A stretch of DNA of 34,487 bases from Thermodesulfobacteriota bacterium. GTDB taxonomy: Bacteria; Desulfobacterota_D; UBA1144; Nemesobacterales; UBA2774. Of the stretch, positions 24,256-34,487 are shown piece after piece (within the stretch, counting starts at the first letter, position 1; the number at the start of each line of letters is the position of its first letter). The notes under the pieces are model-generated. The model saw only the letters and a program-made list of their open reading frames with translations. It ran no database searches and was not told the origin of the DNA. The stretch is from contig JBCCIH010000002.1 in the NCBI GenBank assembly GCA_039028315.1, forward strand, positions 1-34,487. Direction: 5' to 3'. A program made the translations under genes and the position numbers.

Positions 24256-25578
24256 TTATAAATTATATCTACTAGGCCCTTTCATTCCCTTTTTCTTTAC
24301 AAACCCTTCGTAGCTGTGGGTTATAAGGAATGACTCAACCTGCTGTACAAAATCAAGAGTTACACCAACCACAATTAGAAGTGATGTACCTCCGAAATAA
24401 AACGGCAGATTAAAGGGCTCACGTTCTAAAAATGCCGGTATAACACAAACAAACGCCACATATATAGCACCAATGAAAGTAATTCTTCCTAATATCTTGT
24501 CAATATACTCAGCTGTTTTCTTCCCTGGCCTAATCCCTGGGACAAAACCACCGTTTTTTCTGAGGTTGTCTGCCAGATCATCAGGGTTATATATCACCGC
24601 AGTGTAGAAATATGCAAAAAAGATGATTAATGCTGCAAATATTCCATTGTATACAAAGGCATTTTGAAACAGTACGTCTGATAAATCCCTTAGAAACGGA
24701 ACGTTAACAAATGTAAGTATTGTCGCAGGAAATATCAGCAGTGAACTCGCAAAAATTGGAGGAATAACTCCTGCTGTGTTTGTCTTCAGAGGTAAATGCG
24801 AAGACTGGCCTCCGTAGACTTTACGGCCAACTACCCTTTTTGGGTATTGCACAGGGATCTTTCGATACGATCGCTCAACAAATACTATAAAGGCCACAAT
24901 CGCAAGCAGTAATATGAATATAAGAGCAACTCCGAATACTGTGAGCTCTCCGCTGCCAATTAACCTTACTATATCCCAAAACGCTCCCGGCAGTCCTACG
25001 ATGATTGATGCCATAATGATAAGTGAAATACCGTTACCTATTCCACGCTCTGTGATCTGCTCACCAATCCACATAACAAAAAGTGAGCCCGCAGTAAGAG
25101 TAAGCACCGTCATAATCCTAAACGCCCAGCCCGGGTCTTGCACTACCTGTGCTCCCTGACCAAGTCCGCCTTCAAGCGTTACAGCAAGCATAAGCCCCTG
25201 CACAACGCAGATTAGAACGGTTCCGTATCTAGAGTACTGGTTTATCTTTCTTCGCCCAGCTTCTCCCTCTTTTTGCATAGCCTCAAGAGTAGGAAATGCC
25301 TTTACTAGTAGCGACATAATAATCGATGCCGTAATAAACGGCATAACACCCAGTGCAAATACAGAAGCACGCTCAAGTGCGCCTCCAGAGAACATATTTA
25401 AAATGTCAAAGATCGTCCCGCTTGCAGTTTGCTCAAAGAGCTTTACAATCTGCTCGGGGTCAATTCCAGGAATGGGAACAAACACGCCCAACCTATATAC
25501 GATGAGCATAAGCGCTGTAAATAAAAGACGCTTATTAAGCTCAGGTATTCTAGGAATTGAGCCTACATTTCTATTCAT
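24256..25578 (-). CDS. secY: Preprotein translocase subunit SecY
   Basis: 440-aa, 10-TM ORF with conserved SecY motifs (FALGVMPFITASI, GISLIIM). Canonical position after rplO. Confidence 0.97.
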   Translation of the reverse strand: MNRNVGSIPRIPELNKRLLFTALMLIVYRLGVFVPIPGIDPEQIVKLFEQTASGTIFDILNMFSGGALERASVFALGVMPFITASIIMSLLVKAFPTLEAMQKEGEAGRRKINQYSRYGTVLICVVQGLMLAVTLEGGLGQGAQVVQDPGWAFRIMTVLTLTAGSLFVMWIGEQITERGIGNGISLIIMASIIVGLPGAFWDIVRLIGSGELTVFGVALIFILLLAIVAFIVFVERSYRKIPVQYPKRVVGRKVYGGQSSHLPLKTNTAGVIPPIFASSLLIFPATILTFVNVPFLRDLSDVLFQNAFVYNGIFAALIIFFAYFYTAVIYNPDDLADNLRKNGGFVPGIRPGKKTAEYIDKILGRITFIGAIYVAFVCVIPAFLEREPFNLPFYFGGTSLLIVVGVTLDFVQQVESFLITHSYEGFVKKKGMKGPSRYNL

Positions 25579-26006
25579 ATGGTGTCTGCCTTCCCACCTT
25601 TTTCTTCAATTTTTTGTATAGCACCTTTACTAAAGGCATCTGCTCTAACTGTAAGAGCAAATGGCATCTCGCCGTTACCAAGAATCTTGATAGGCTTTTT
25701 GCCGCTAGCAAGGCCAGATTTAATTAATTCTTCCGGGGTTACAGTATCACCCTCTTTAAACTTGGAGAGATCCTTTACTTGAATAAGATCAAACACAAGT
25801 TTATTAGGGCTTGTAAAGCCGCGCTTTGGCGATCTTAGCTTAAGAGCGGTTTGCCCACCCTCAAACCATGGAGGAACTCCTCCGCCAGAGCGAGAATTTT
25901 GCCCCTTATGGCCTTTACCACTTGTTTTTCCAGTACTTCCTGATCCTCTTCCGACTCTTTTTCTATTCTTTTTGGAGCCAGGCTGAGGAGATAACTTATT
26001 AAGCAT
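25575..26006 (-). CDS. rplO: 50S ribosomal protein L15 (uL15)
   Basis: 143-aa ORF with the Gly/Lys-rich N-terminus LSPQPGSKKNRKRVGRGSGSTGKTSGKGHKGQ. It overlaps the secY start by 4 nt. Confidence 0.96.
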   Translation of the reverse strand: MLNKLSPQPGSKKNRKRVGRGSGSTGKTSGKGHKGQNSRSGGGVPPWFEGGQTALKLRSPKRGFTSPNKLVFDLIQVKDLSKFKEGDTVTPEELIKSGLASGKKPIKILGNGEMPFALTVRADAFSKGAIQKIEEKGGKADTI

Positions 26007-26098
26007 AATTTTTACCTTCTCAATAAAACTTCAATTTTTAGTAAATCTCAAACAACTTGTTTTCAGTAAAACGCTTATCCGATTAATAATAAAAACTA

Positions 26099-26623
26099 CT
26101 AATTGAAATATGACCTTGGAAGATCTAGATCCGTTAGCTCTTTGCCTCTAACTTTTGCCACTTCCTCTGGCATTCTCAAGTCTAAAAGACCGTTGATAGC
26201 CGCCATAACAACATTTAGCGGATTTGTAGACCCAACTACCTTTGAAAGAACATCGTGTATTCCTGCAAGCTCAACTACCGCACGCACAGCGCCGCCTGCA
26301 ATAACTCCAGTACCAGGAGCGGCCGGTTTTAACATAACGTGGCTTGATACATGCACACCAATTACCTCATGCGGGATAGTGCTCCCCTGTCTTGGTACCT
26401 TTACAAGGCTTTTCTTAGCTTTTTCCATAGCCTTTCTGATCGCGTCAGGTACTTCGTTTGATTTCCCCAAGGCAACTCCAATAACGCCGTCTTCATTCCC
26501 TACTACTGCAAGAGCTGTAAAGTGAAATCTTTTTCCACCTTTAGTAACTTTTGCAACTCGTCTTATGTCAACGACTTTTTCCTTAAGTTCAAAATCGTTC
26601 GGGTCTAATTTTTCGTTCTGCAA
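26099..26623 (-). CDS. rpsE: 30S ribosomal protein S5 (uS5)
   Basis: 174-aa ORF with [20 protein letters not shown] and the GTGVIAGG motif. Confidence 0.97.
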   Translation of the reverse strand: MQNEKLDPNDFELKEKVVDIRRVAKVTKGGKRFHFTALAVVGNEDGVIGVALGKSNEVPDAIRKAMEKAKKSLVKVPRQGSTIPHEVIGVHVSSHVMLKPAAPGTGVIAGGAVRAVVELAGIHDVLSKVVGSTNPLNVVMAAINGLLDLRMPEEVAKVRGKELTDLDLPRSYFN

Positions 26624-26654
26624 AGATGCCTCCTAAAAATTCTTATCCTATATC

Positions 26655-27026
26655 TTAAAATTCAAGCCCTGATTCTCTGGCTGCGTCTGCTAGTGATTTT
26701 ACCCTTCCATGAAAGGGGTATCCGCCACGGTCAAAAGTTACTTGTTTAATACCTTTTGCTGCAGCAAGCTCACCTAAGTGCTTACCAACTGCACTTGCAA
26801 TATCAGTCTTCCCTTTAGCGTCTTTATCGACGCTTTCTTTAACCTTAGGTGTAAGTGAAGAAGACGCAACGATAGTATTCATTGTCGAATCGTCAATAAT
26901 CTGAGCATAAATATGCTTAGCTGACTTAAAAACGGAAAGCCTTGGTTTCGAAGTGTTTCCGTTAATCTTTTTTCTGACTCTTTTGTGTCTTAAATTCTTT
27001 CTGCTTTTTCTGCTTGCTACTTTCAT
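26655..27026 (-). CDS. rplR: 50S ribosomal protein L18 (uL18)
   Basis: 123-aa ORF with [18 protein letters not shown] and [26 protein letters not shown]. Confidence 0.97.
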   Translation of the reverse strand: MKVASRKSRKNLRHKRVRKKINGNTSKPRLSVFKSAKHIYAQIIDDSTMNTIVASSSLTPKVKESVDKDAKGKTDIASAVGKHLGELAAAKGIKQVTFDRGGYPFHGRVKSLADAARESGLEF

Positions 27027-27028
27027 TT

Positions 27029-27571
27029 TTATTTAGCCCCTGCCTTACCAGGTTTTAGTCTTAAAATCTCATCAGAATATCTAACGCCCTTTCCTTTGTA
27101 TGCATCAGGGGGTCTTAGTTTTCTAATCCTTGCAGCGGTCTCTCCGACTAGCTGTTTATCAATGCCCTCAAGAATTAGTCTTGTTCCTCTTTCCTCAATC
27201 TTAGAGCTAACACCCTCGGGCAATGTGTAGTCTATCGGGTTTGAATATCCTAAGCTAAAGGTAAGACCTTTTCCTTTGGATTCAACCCTATAACCAACAC
27301 CACTGATTTCTAAAGTAATGCTAAACCCTGTACTTACGCCGGTAACCATATTGGAAATAAGCGAACGAGTCAGCCCGTGAAGAGCTTTTAACTTTTTTTC
27401 ATCACTGTGTCTTTCTATGAGGACATTGTTTTCCTCTAATTTTGCCTCTATACCTGTAGGGATATCCCAGGACAACTTACCCTTGCCGCCTTCGACAAGA
27501 ACTAAGCCGTCTTTAAAGTTTACTTTTACCCCATCTGGTACGGGTATAGGTTTTCTACCAATTCGTGACAT
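27029..27571 (-). CDS. rplF: 50S ribosomal protein L6 (uL6)
   Basis: Starts [12 protein letters not shown] at the ATG at 27571, with an AAGGA SD 7 nt upstream and just after the rpsH stop. The 22 extra codons in the ORF track overlap rpsH and are rejected. Confidence 0.96.
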   Translation of the reverse strand: MSRIGRKPIPVPDGVKVNFKDGLVLVEGGKGKLSWDIPTGIEAKLEENNVLIERHSDEKKLKALHGLTRSLISNMVTGVSTGFSITLEISGVGYRVESKGKGLTFSLGYSNPIDYTLPEGVSSKIEERGTRLILEGIDKQLVGETAARIRKLRPPDAYKGKGVRYSDEILRLKPGKAGAK

Positions 27572-27581
27572 TTTAATATCC

Positions 27582-27974
27582 TTATAAAATTGAACAAATA
27601 AGCTCGCCACCAACGCCTTGAGTTCTGGCTTCAGCACCAGTCATGATGCCTTTAGATGTTGAGAGTACGCAAATTCCAAGACCGCCTTTAATTCTAGGGA
27701 TATCGGTTTTGTTTACATAAACTCGCCTGCTCGGCTTACTTATTCTTTTAATTTCCTTAATTACGCTTTCTTTCTTACCGGTATATGCAAGAGTTATATT
27801 TATTGCCTGGCGTCCGTTATCTTCAGCCATTTTATAATCTTTTATATAGCCTTGCTCTTTTAGTATCCTTGCAATCTCAACCTTGTACTGCGATAAAGGA
27901 ATACTAACAGTATTATGTCCTGCTATTAGTGCATTTCTAATTCTTGCCAACATGTCTGCTATTGGATCTGTCAT
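27582..27974 (-). CDS. rpsH: 30S ribosomal protein S8 (uS8)
   Basis: 130-aa ORF beginning MTDPIADMLARIRNA, ending GGELICSIL. Confidence 0.97.
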   Translation of the reverse strand: MTDPIADMLARIRNALIAGHNTVSIPLSQYKVEIARILKEQGYIKDYKMAEDNGRQAINITLAYTGKKESVIKEIKRISKPSRRVYVNKTDIPRIKGGLGICVLSTSKGIMTGAEARTQGVGGELICSIL

Positions 27975-27992
27975 TTCTTTAGCCTCTTATAT

Positions 27993-28178
27993 TTACCAAC
28001 TCGACTTTCTAACGCCTGGAATTCTGCCAAAACTTGCTAGGTCTCTAAAACAAAGTCTGCACATATCAAACTTTCGCATATAACCCCTTGGCCGTCCGCA
28101 AAGTTTGCATCTGTTTCGCTTTCTACCTTTATATTTTGGCTCTTTTTCTGACTTTATAACCAGCGCTTTTCTAGCCAT
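27993..28178 (-). CDS. rpsN: 30S ribosomal protein S14, short zinc-binding type (type Z)
   Basis: 61-aa ORF with a [22 protein letters not shown] Cys4 motif. Confidence 0.96.
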   Translation of the reverse strand: MARKALVIKSEKEPKYKGRKRNRCKLCGRPRGYMRKFDMCRLCFRDLASFGRIPGVRKSSW

Positions 28179-28190
28179 TACATCTTTCTC

Positions 28191-28745
28191 CTAGTTTTTT
28201 ATAAAAGGCATGCCAAATTCTTCAAGAAGACCTTTGGCTTCCTCATCTGTTTTTGCTGAAGTTACGATTGTTACATTCATACCTTTTAAATATTGAACCT
28301 TGCTATAATCAATCTCTGGAAATATGACCTGATCTCTTAGTCCTAGTGTATAGTTCCCGCGTCCATCAAAAGCTTTTGTGGAAATACCTCTAAAATCTCT
28401 AACCTGAGGTAGTGCAAGACTGATTAATCTATCTAAAAATTCATACATTATTGTGGAGCGAAGAGTAACTGAGCAACCTATTGGCACTCCTTCACGTAGT
28501 TTAAAACCGGCGATCGAATTTTTTGCTTTTCTGATAACTGGTTTCTGACCGGTTATTCGTGTGATTTCATCAACAGCTTCGTCTATTACTTTATTGTCCT
28601 TTCCGCCGTCGCTCAATCTTCCAAGCCCCATGTTTATTACAATCTTCTCAATCTTCGGAACCTGCATAGGGTTACTGTAAGAGAATTTCTCTTTTAGAGC
28701 AGGTGTTACGCTTTCGTTGTATATATCCTTCATTCTTGGTGCCAT
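28191..28745 (-). CDS. rplE: 50S ribosomal protein L5 (uL5)
   Basis: 184-aa ORF with [13 protein letters not shown] and [16 protein letters not shown]. Confidence 0.97.
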   Translation of the reverse strand: MAPRMKDIYNESVTPALKEKFSYSNPMQVPKIEKIVINMGLGRLSDGGKDNKVIDEAVDEITRITGQKPVIRKAKNSIAGFKLREGVPIGCSVTLRSTIMYEFLDRLISLALPQVRDFRGISTKAFDGRGNYTLGLRDQVIFPEIDYSKVQYLKGMNVTIVTSAKTDEEAKGLLEEFGMPFIKN

Positions 28746-28747
28746 TA

Positions 28748-29059
28748 TTACTTAATCTCCTCACCACTACGCTTGCTGAATCTCACTCTCTCTCCCGTGC
28801 TAAGCTCTCTTCTGCCAATTCTAGTTGGCTTTTTTTCAGTCTCATCATATATCATCAGATTAGAGATATGAATTGGAGCTTCTTTCTCAACTATTCCCCC
28901 CGTTGGATTAGCCTGAGTAGGGCGCGTGTGCCGCTTAACAATATTAAGCTTTTCTACAAGCGCTTGGTTCTTAGACCTAAGCACTTTAATAACTTGCCCT
29001 GTTTTACCTTTTTCTTTACCTGATACGACGTAAACAGTATCACCTTTTTTAACATTCAT
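28748..29059 (-). CDS. rplX: 50S ribosomal protein L24 (uL24)
   Basis: [23 protein letters not shown] matches the usual L24 N-terminus (KOW motif). An alternative ATG at 29086 has a GGAGG SD 9 nt upstream and would add 9 aa. The ORF-track TTG at 29095 overlaps rplN. Confidence 0.94.
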   Translation of the reverse strand: MNVKKGDTVYVVSGKEKGKTGQVIKVLRSKNQALVEKLNIVKRHTRPTQANPTGGIVEKEAPIHISNLMIYDETEKKPTRIGRRELSTGERVRFSKRSGEEIK

Positions 29060-29087
29060 TTTTCTTCTATTTGCCTGAGCACCCATT

Positions 29088-29456
29088 CTACACAACCTCC
29101 GGTGCTAGAGAGATAATTTTCATAAAACCCTTAAGCCTAAGCTCACGGGCAATCGGACCAAAAACACGGGTTCCCATTGGCTCATTTTCTTTATTGATAA
29201 TTACTGCTGCATTGTTGTCAAACCTTACATATGAACCGTCTCCGCGTCTCTGCTCTTTTTTAGTGCGGACTATAACAGCCTGGTGCACAGAACCCTTATC
29301 CACTTTTGCATTTGGAATAGCTTCTTTTACTGAAACTACAACTACATCGCCGAGCCTTGCATATTTTCTGCCGGACCCGCCTAGTACTTTGATACAAAAG
29401 AGCCTCTTGGCTCCAGTATTATCGGCTGAATCTAAATAAGTCGTTGATTGAATCAC
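29088..29456 (-). CDS. rplN: 50S ribosomal protein L14 (uL14)
   Basis: 122-aa ORF with [17 protein letters not shown] and FGPIARELR. Confidence 0.98.
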   Translation of the reverse strand: MIQSTTYLDSADNTGAKRLFCIKVLGGSGRKYARLGDVVVVSVKEAIPNAKVDKGSVHQAVIVRTKKEQRRGDGSYVRFDNNAAVIINKENEPMGTRVFGPIARELRLKGFMKIISLAPEVV

Positions 29457-29758
29457 TACCCTTCTCCTCCTGCGTTATCAATACTTTGCAGTTCAGCCTC
29501 TAATGCACTGCTGGATTCTAATATTTTGCTCACTTTCCATCTCTTGGTCTTACTGTATGGCCTACCCTCTAGGATTAGCACTTTATCCCCAACTTTGCAT
29601 TGGCCGCTTTCATCATGAGCAATAAACTTAGTATTTCTCTTAATCGATTTATGATATCTTTTGTGCTTTTTTATCTGTATAACATCAACAATGACGGTTT
29701 TATCCATCTTGTCGCCGATTACCGTACCAACTCTAGATTGAAATTTTCCTCTAGCCAT
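29456..29758 (-). CDS. rpsQ: 30S ribosomal protein S17 (uS17)
   Basis: 100-aa ORF with [11 protein letters not shown] and HKRYHK..KR..KF.AHDE. It carries a short acidic C-terminal tail of about 15 aa ([19 protein letters not shown]). Confidence 0.96.
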   Translation of the reverse strand: MARGKFQSRVGTVIGDKMDKTVIVDVIQIKKHKRYHKSIKRNTKFIAHDESGQCKVGDKVLILEGRPYSKTKRWKVSKILESSSALEAELQSIDNAGGEG

Positions 29759-29773
29759 ATTCCAAACTACTCC

Positions 29774-29965
29774 TTAATTAAGACCCTTTTCTTTTTTTAT
29801 TGTGAGCACTCTAGCAAGATCTCTTTTTAAATTTCTAATCCTAGCAACGTTAGTGGTCTGCTGAGTAGCAACCTGAATTCTAAGGTTGAAGATCTCTTCC
29901 TTAAGCTCATTTTCTGTTTTGTTTAATTCGTCGTCTGTAAGTTCTCTTATTTCCTGTGGCTTCAT
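29774..29965 (-). CDS. rpmC: 50S ribosomal protein L29 (uL29)
   Basis: 63-aa helical ORF with [19 protein letters not shown]. Canonical position between rplP and rpsQ. Confidence 0.95.
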   Translation of the reverse strand: MKPQEIRELTDDELNKTENELKEEIFNLRIQVATQQTTNVARIRNLKRDLARVLTIKKEKGLN

Positions 29966-30387
29966 CCTAATATATCCCCCTGGCTTCTTGAAACCATTTT
30001 GGTTTTCACAGGAAGCTTATGCGATGCTAATCTGAAAGCTTCTTTAGCAAGCTCTTCTGTTAGTCCAGCTATCTCGTAGATCATAGTGCCTCTTTTAAGA
30101 GGTGCTACATAGCTGTCCACATCTCCCTTTCCTTTACCCATTCTGGTTTCAGCAGGTTTTTTAGTAATAGGTTTATGAGGAAAAACTCTTATCCAAAGCT
30201 TAGCACCACGTTTTACATGACGGGTGATTGCAACACGGGCTGCCTCAATCTGACGAGATGTGAGCTTTCCGCATTCAAGTGACTGAAGACCATACTCTCC
30301 AAATGCCATTGAAGCCCCTTTCGTTGCTTTTCCTCTTATTCTGCCTTTAAATACCTTTCTATATTTTGTTCTCGACGGTTGTAACAT
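29962..30387 (-). CDS. rplP: 50S ribosomal protein L16 (uL16)
   Basis: 141-aa ORF with [15 protein letters not shown] and [20 protein letters not shown]. Confidence 0.98.
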   Translation of the reverse strand: MLQPSRTKYRKVFKGRIRGKATKGASMAFGEYGLQSLECGKLTSRQIEAARVAITRHVKRGAKLWIRVFPHKPITKKPAETRMGKGKGDVDSYVAPLKRGTMIYEIAGLTEELAKEAFRLASHKLPVKTKMVSRSQGDILG

Positions 30388-30399
30388 CTTTATTCACCA

Positions 30400-31053
30400 T
30401 TAAATCGTTTGTTTGCTTTTCTTCTCAAGCACTTCGCCTTTGAAAATCCACACTTTAATTCCTATTATTCCGTATGTTGTTTTTGCCTCAGCAAAACCGT
30501 AGTCGATATCTGCTCTAAGTGTTGTAAGAGGAACCCTGCCCTCTCTATACCACTCTTTCCTCGCGATCTCGGCTCCGCCAAGTCTTCCTGATACCATGAC
30601 TTTAATTCCTAATGCGCCTAATCTTAGGGCAGAGGCAATAACCCTTTTCATAGCCCTTCTGTATGCAACACGGCGCTCTAGCTGAAGCGCAGCATTCTCT
30701 GCAACCAGCTGAGCATCTACTTCTGGTCTTTTAACTTCTCTTATATCTAAATAAATATCTTTTCCTGTCATATCGGCAAGCCTTCTTCTCAAGGACTCAA
30801 TCTCTTGCCCTTTACGGCCGATTATCATGCCGGGTCTCGCTGAGTTTATAATAATGCGCACTCTCTCAGATGCTGCTCTTTCAAGCTCGATCTTAGAGAT
30901 TGCGGCCTGATAGAACTCACTCTTGATCAGATCTCTGATCCGTAAATCCTCATGAAGAAGGTCTGTGTAGCGCTTTTTCTCGGCAAACCACTTAGAATCC
31001 CAAGTTTTTGTAATTCCCAGTCTCAGCCCTATAGGGCAAACTTTCTGACCCAA
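30400..31053 (-). CDS. rpsC: 30S ribosomal protein S3 (uS3)
   Basis: Contains a KH domain and [12 protein letters not shown]. The start is taken at the TTG at 31053, with a GGGGG SD 7 nt upstream and immediately after the rplV TAA. This gives the usual (M)GQKV N-terminus. The ORF-track TTG at 31074 overlaps rplV. Confidence 0.96.
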   Translation of the reverse strand: MGQKVCPIGLRLGITKTWDSKWFAEKKRYTDLLHEDLRIRDLIKSEFYQAAISKIELERAASERVRIIINSARPGMIIGRKGQEIESLRRRLADMTGKDIYLDIREVKRPEVDAQLVAENAALQLERRVAYRRAMKRVIASALRLGALGIKVMVSGRLGGAEIARKEWYREGRVPLTTLRADIDYGFAEAKTTYGIIGIKVWIFKGEVLEKKSKQTI

Positions 31054-31054
31054 T

Positions 31055-31393
31055 TTATAGCCCCCTTTCTTCAAGCACGATTGTTATATGACTCATTCTT
31101 TTGTTCCTTGCTGTGGCCCTTCCCTGAGCTCTTGCTCTTATTCTTTTAATAGTAGGCCCTTTGTTTGAATATATTTCCTTTATGTACAAACTCTCTGTAT
31201 CTGAATGTCCTTTCTCTGCAGCATTAGCAACTGCTGATTTGAGCAGCTTAGCGATATCAGGTGCAGAGCGCTTTCTTACAGAAGAGAGAATAGCGAAAGC
31301 CTCTTCCACGTCTGCTCCTCTAATTAGATTCAGCACTACCGAGAGTTTTTTAGGTGATGCTCTATAGAATTTTTTTACAGCTTGCGAAACCAT
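31055..31393 (-). CDS. rplV: 50S ribosomal protein L22 (uL22)
   Basis: 112-aa ORF with SPKK...V..LIRG..V.EA..IL and GP..KR...RA.GRA....KR.SHITIVL. Confidence 0.97.
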   Translation of the reverse strand: MVSQAVKKFYRASPKKLSVVLNLIRGADVEEAFAILSSVRKRSAPDIAKLLKSAVANAAEKGHSDTESLYIKEIYSNKGPTIKRIRARAQGRATARNKRMSHITIVLEERGL

Positions 31394-31416
31394 TTTTCAC
31401 CTTTTCTAATTATTTT

Positions 31417-31704
31417 CTATCTTTTGCCCATCTTCGACTTCTTATCGCCGCCAGCATGGCTATGGAATGTGCGGGTCGGAGAAAATTCTCCGAGCTTGTG
31501 CCCAACCATATGCTCAGTTACGTATACAGGGATAAACTTTTTCCCATTATGAACAGCGAACGTAAGTCCTATCATATCTGGAGAGACCATTGAGCCTCTG
31601 GACCAAGTTTTAATAATGCGCGGATTTGCCTGAGCTTTTTCCGCCAGCACTTTCTTTTCTAACTTCTCATCAATATATGGACCTTTTTTACTCGACCTAG
31701 GCAT
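31417..31704 (-). CDS. rpsS: 30S ribosomal protein S19 (uS19)
   Basis: 95-aa ORF with [12 protein letters not shown], the GLT.AVHNGK motif and GHKLGEF.PTR.F. Confidence 0.98.
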   Translation of the reverse strand: MPRSSKKGPYIDEKLEKKVLAEKAQANPRIIKTWSRGSMVSPDMIGLTFAVHNGKKFIPVYVTEHMVGHKLGEFSPTRTFHSHAGGDKKSKMGKR

Positions 31705-31713
31705 AATTTCTCC

Positions 31714-32556
31714 TTAATCCATTCCGTAACCAATACGTCTTCTTCTTACAATATATTTATTAGTACGTTTGTTGTTTCTTGTTTTATAACCAATTGTAAT
31801 CCAGCCCCAAGGGGATACGGGATGCGGGTTACCTTTGCTGGCTTTACCCTCACCACCTCCATGCGGATGGTCAACAGGGTTCATAGCAACACCCCTTACA
31901 ACCGGGCGTTTTCCTAAGTGACGCTTTCTTCCTGCCTTTCCAAGCACAACTAGCTCATGCTCCGTGTTTCCAACTCTTCCAATTGTTGCCATGCACTCAA
32001 TGTGAATAAGCCTAATCTCACCTGAGCTAAGCTTAAGCTGTGCATATGTTCCTTCTTTAGCAGTAATCTGTGCTGATGTTCCGGCTGCTCTCACAAGTTT
32101 GGCCCCCGCCTTTGGTTTAAGCTCAATGTTATGAACTACTGTACCAACAGGGATGCTTTTAATTGGGAGCGCGTTTCCAACTGAAATCTCTACATTGTCA
32201 CCGGATACTACTGTGTCTCCAACTTTAAGACCATCGGGAGCAATAATATAGCTCTTAAAACCGTCAGCATAGTTTAGTAGTGCAATTCTAGATGAACGGT
32301 TTGGGTCATACTCAATTGAGGCAACTTTTGCAGGTATATCAAACTTATTTCTCTTATAATCAACCTTCCTATAAAGACGCTTGTGTCCGCCTCCTCTTTG
32401 GAAAGCTGTAATTCTTCCCTGAGAGTTACGTCCGCCTTTTCTCTTTGAAGGCTCAGTGAGCGGTTTATAGGGTTTGTCTGTTGTTACATCTGCAAAATCG
32501 GACCCTGATCTAAACCTTGTTCCCGGAGTTACCGGTTTAAACTTTTTAATACCCAT
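31714..32556 (-). CDS. rplB: 50S ribosomal protein L2 (uL2)
   Basis: 280-aa ORF with PVTPGTR, GGGHKR.YR and [13 protein letters not shown]. Confidence 0.98.
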   Translation of the reverse strand: MGIKKFKPVTPGTRFRSGSDFADVTTDKPYKPLTEPSKRKGGRNSQGRITAFQRGGGHKRLYRKVDYKRNKFDIPAKVASIEYDPNRSSRIALLNYADGFKSYIIAPDGLKVGDTVVSGDNVEISVGNALPIKSIPVGTVVHNIELKPKAGAKLVRAAGTSAQITAKEGTYAQLKLSSGEIRLIHIECMATIGRVGNTEHELVVLGKAGRKRHLGKRPVVRGVAMNPVDHPHGGGEGKASKGNPHPVSPWGWITIGYKTRNNKRTNKYIVRRRRIGYGMD

Positions 32557-32558
32557 AC

Positions 32559-32846
32559 CTAAACTCCCTCATATAATTCAATGGTCCCTTCTTTTAGCTG
32601 TACGTATGCTTTTTTTATAGAGGACCTTCTTCCGGCAAAACGCCCCATTCTCTTAACCGGCTTACCGGTTGTTATTAGGGTTCTTACTTTGCCGACTTTA
32701 ACACCGAAAATCTTTTCAATTGCATCTTTTATTTCTATTTTGTTAGACCTTTTGTCAACCGAAAACACATACCAATCAACTTCTCTTAGATCAGAAGATT
32801 TTTCGGTTACTAGAGGCTTTTTAATTATCTGTCTTGGATCTTTCAA
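32559..32846 (-). CDS. rplW: 50S ribosomal protein L23 (uL23)
   Basis: 95-aa ORF with I..PL.TEKS....., F.V....NK.EIK.A.E..F.V.V and KKA.V.L. Confidence 0.96.
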   Translation of the reverse strand: MKDPRQIIKKPLVTEKSSDLREVDWYVFSVDKRSNKIEIKDAIEKIFGVKVGKVRTLITTGKPVKRMGRFAGRRSSIKKAYVQLKEGTIELYEGV

Positions 32847-33466
32847 TGTTTTAGAACCTCCTGAGCTTTGGCCAGAGATTCCTGGGTAATAATAAGATTC
32901 TCAAACTTTAAAATATCGTATACGTTAAGGCCATCAACATTTATAACCTTTATGTTCTTAATGTTCCTAGCGGATTTAATTAAGTTTTCGTTCTCACCGC
33001 TTATTACGATTAGTGCTGATTTAAGTTCAAATTTGTCAATAAATTCAGATACTTGCTTAGTCTTTATCTCAGGGAGGCTAAATTCGTTAAGTGCAATTAA
33101 AACACCTTCTGAGTATTTAAGGGAAAGTGCACTGATTAGTGCATTTTTCTTAGTTTTTTTATTTATATTGTATGACCAGTCTTTGGGTCTAGGACCAAAA
33201 ACAATTCCACCCTTCCTCCAATGCGGCGCCCTTGTGCTACCTTGACGTGCTCTACCCATGTGTTTTTGTTTCCATGGTTTAGCTCCGCCACCGCTCACTT
33301 CGCCTCTGGTTTTAGTTGAGGCTGTGCCTGAGCGTCTTTTGGCCAACTGCCAGTTTACAACAGTGTGAAGAAGATGCTGTTTTACCGGCGCCTCAAAAAT
33401 CGAGGAATCAAGCTCAACATTTCCCACTTTACTTTTTGTCAAATCAAATACATCAAGCTGCGGCAC
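32843..33466 (-). CDS. rplD: 50S ribosomal protein L4 (uL4)
   Basis: 207-aa ORF with a GTASTKTRGEVSGGGAKPWKQKHMGRARQGS motif. It has a GTG start with a GGGAGAG SD 6 nt upstream and overlaps the rplC end by 14 nt. Confidence 0.97.
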   Translation of the reverse strand: MPQLDVFDLTKSKVGNVELDSSIFEAPVKQHLLHTVVNWQLAKRRSGTASTKTRGEVSGGGAKPWKQKHMGRARQGSTRAPHWRKGGIVFGPRPKDWSYNINKKTKKNALISALSLKYSEGVLIALNEFSLPEIKTKQVSEFIDKFELKSALIVISGENENLIKSARNIKNIKVINVDGLNVYDILKFENLIITQESLAKAQEVLKH

Positions 33467-34100
33467 TGTCTACTCTCCCTTTTGTCGTACGCTTAATTAC
33501 TACTGTTCCGCCGTTAGGTCCTGGAATTGAACCCTTAACCAAAAGAATGTTCTTTTCTGCATCCACTTTTACTACTTTTAGACCCTGAACAGTAACCTTC
33601 TCATTACCCATTTGGCCTGCCATTTTTATTCCCTTCCAGACCTTTCCCGGATATGACGCCTGACCAATACCTCCCGGTCTTCTGTGAGCCATACCACCAT
33701 GGGAAGCAGGCTGGCCTGCAAAGTTGTGTCTTTTCATGGTTCCGGAAAAACCTTTACCTTTACTGGTTGCTGAAACATCTACGGTATCGCCTTCATTAAA
33801 AATGCTCGCTTCTATTGTGTCTCCAAGGTTGTAATCTTCACCATTGGGATCAAATTCCACAAGGTGTCTTAGCGGCGGTACACCAGCTTTTTTAAAGTGC
33901 CCAAGCATCGGCTTGGATACCCTTTGTGGTTTAACCTCTTCAAAACCTATCTGTACTGAATCATAGCCGTCTGTATCAGAAGTCTTTTTCTGAACAACGT
34001 GGCACGGACCCGCCTCTATAACTGTTGAAACAACGACAGTACCATCTTCAAGGAATAACTCAGTCATTCCCACTTTTTTTCCTATCAATCCGTTAATCAT
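33453..34100 (-). CDS. rplC: 50S ribosomal protein L3 (uL3)
   Basis: 215-aa ORF with GLIGKKVGMT and GKGFSGTMKRHNF....SHG motifs. Confidence 0.98.
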   Translation of the reverse strand: MINGLIGKKVGMTELFLEDGTVVVSTVIEAGPCHVVQKKTSDTDGYDSVQIGFEEVKPQRVSKPMLGHFKKAGVPPLRHLVEFDPNGEDYNLGDTIEASIFNEGDTVDVSATSKGKGFSGTMKRHNFAGQPASHGGMAHRRPGGIGQASYPGKVWKGIKMAGQMGNEKVTVQGLKVVKVDAEKNILLVKGSIPGPNGGTVVIKRTTKGRVDSAAA

Positions 34101-34105
34101 TTTTA

Positions 34106-34426
34106 TTAAGATCCCGTAAGTTTAATTTCGACTTCAACCCCTGAAGCCAGGTCGAGCTTCATCAGCGCATCAATTGTCTGCTGAGTAGGTTCAAGAATAT
34201 CCACAAGTCTCTTGTGGGTTCTAACCTCAAAATGCTCTCTTGAGTTCTTATCAACGTGTGGAGACCTTAGCACACAATAGCGGCTAATATGCGTTGGAAG
34301 CGGCACTGGCCCTGCGACCCTTGCGCCGGTTCTCTTGGCGGTATCCACAATTTCCACAGAAGAGCGGTCAAGCAATCTGTGATCGAACGATTTTAATTTT
34401 ATTCTTATTTTAGAAGCACGACTCAT
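34106..34426 (-). CDS. rpsJ: 30S ribosomal protein S10 (uS10)
   Basis: 106-aa ORF with [15 protein letters not shown] and GPVPLPT.....[21 protein letters not shown]. It is the first gene of the S10 operon, 21 nt after the tuf stop. Confidence 0.98.
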   Translation of the reverse strand: MSRASKIRIKLKSFDHRLLDRSSVEIVDTAKRTGARVAGPVPLPTHISRYCVLRSPHVDKNSREHFEVRTHKRLVDILEPTQQTIDALMKLDLASGVEVEIKLTGS

Positions 34427-34447
34427 TTATAAATTACCTTCTACCCT

Positions 34448-34487
34448 TTACTCCGTAATTTTAGTAACAACACCAGCACCCACTGTT
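34448..34487 (-). CDS. tuf: Elongation factor Tu, 3' terminal fragment (gene continues beyond the window)
   Basis: The minus strand reads ..T V G A G V V T K I T E *, the conserved EF-Tu C-terminus, with TAA at 34450-34448. Only 12 complete codons are visible. Confidence 0.8.
   Translation of the reverse strand, partial: TVGAGVVTKITE

Noticed and set aside
26103-26525. Long plus-strand ORFs across the ribosomal operon and other genes. Examples: 140 aa at 26103-26525, 106 aa at 28703-29023, 122 aa at 29071-29439, and 102/125/90 aa at 32581-33588. Also 6514-6864, 7504-8007 and 8182-8427 opposite hisC and hisD.
   Set aside because: All lie antisense to strongly conserved, confidently identified genes. 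Their products are low-complexity or hydrophobic with no recognisable motifs and no SD. They are classic shadow ORFs.

Overview
AT-rich chromosomal window from a diderm (Gram-negative-type) bacterium; I cannot place the lineage from sequence alone. The right half (about 18.9-34.5 kb) is entirely on the minus strand. It holds the 3' end of tuf, then a canonical, tightly packed S10-spc-alpha ribosomal protein superoperon (rpsJ to rplQ, including secY, adk, map, infA, rpmJ and rpoA). A clear rho-independent terminator closes it. The left half is mostly housekeeping: a DUF2461 protein, thpR, a tolB-like gene, an HNH protein, lgt-lnt, hisD-hisC, an SRPBCC protein plus a 440-aa unknown, metF, ubiE, and an LLM oxidoreductase-epimerase-pdxH operon. 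I found no rRNA, tRNA, CRISPR array, transposase/integrase or recognisable defence system. The only stretch that looks accessory is about 10.3-14.5 kb. It encodes a Sel1-repeat lipoprotein, a 78-aa Cys-containing orphan, a coiled-coil porin-like outer-membrane barrel, a secreted FMN-binding protein with an SGAT flavinylation motif, and a 4-TM His-motif membrane protein. Two 19-mers matching the E. coli Fur-box consensus at 15/19 sit at the predicted promoters of the orphan gene and the porin gene. On that basis I propose, as a hypothesis only, an iron-regulated extracytosolic redox or iron-acquisition module. Smaller oddities: L17 has a roughly 180-aa K-rich then E/A/P-rich C-terminal tail. 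There is no rpmD (L30) between rpsE and rplO. L36 has a fourth Cys at the position where the E. coli and Thermus proteins, as I recall them, have His. An unlisted 50-aa membrane ORF abuts lgt. Two genes below the ORF-track length cutoff (rpmJ and the 50-aa ORF) were found by hand translation.
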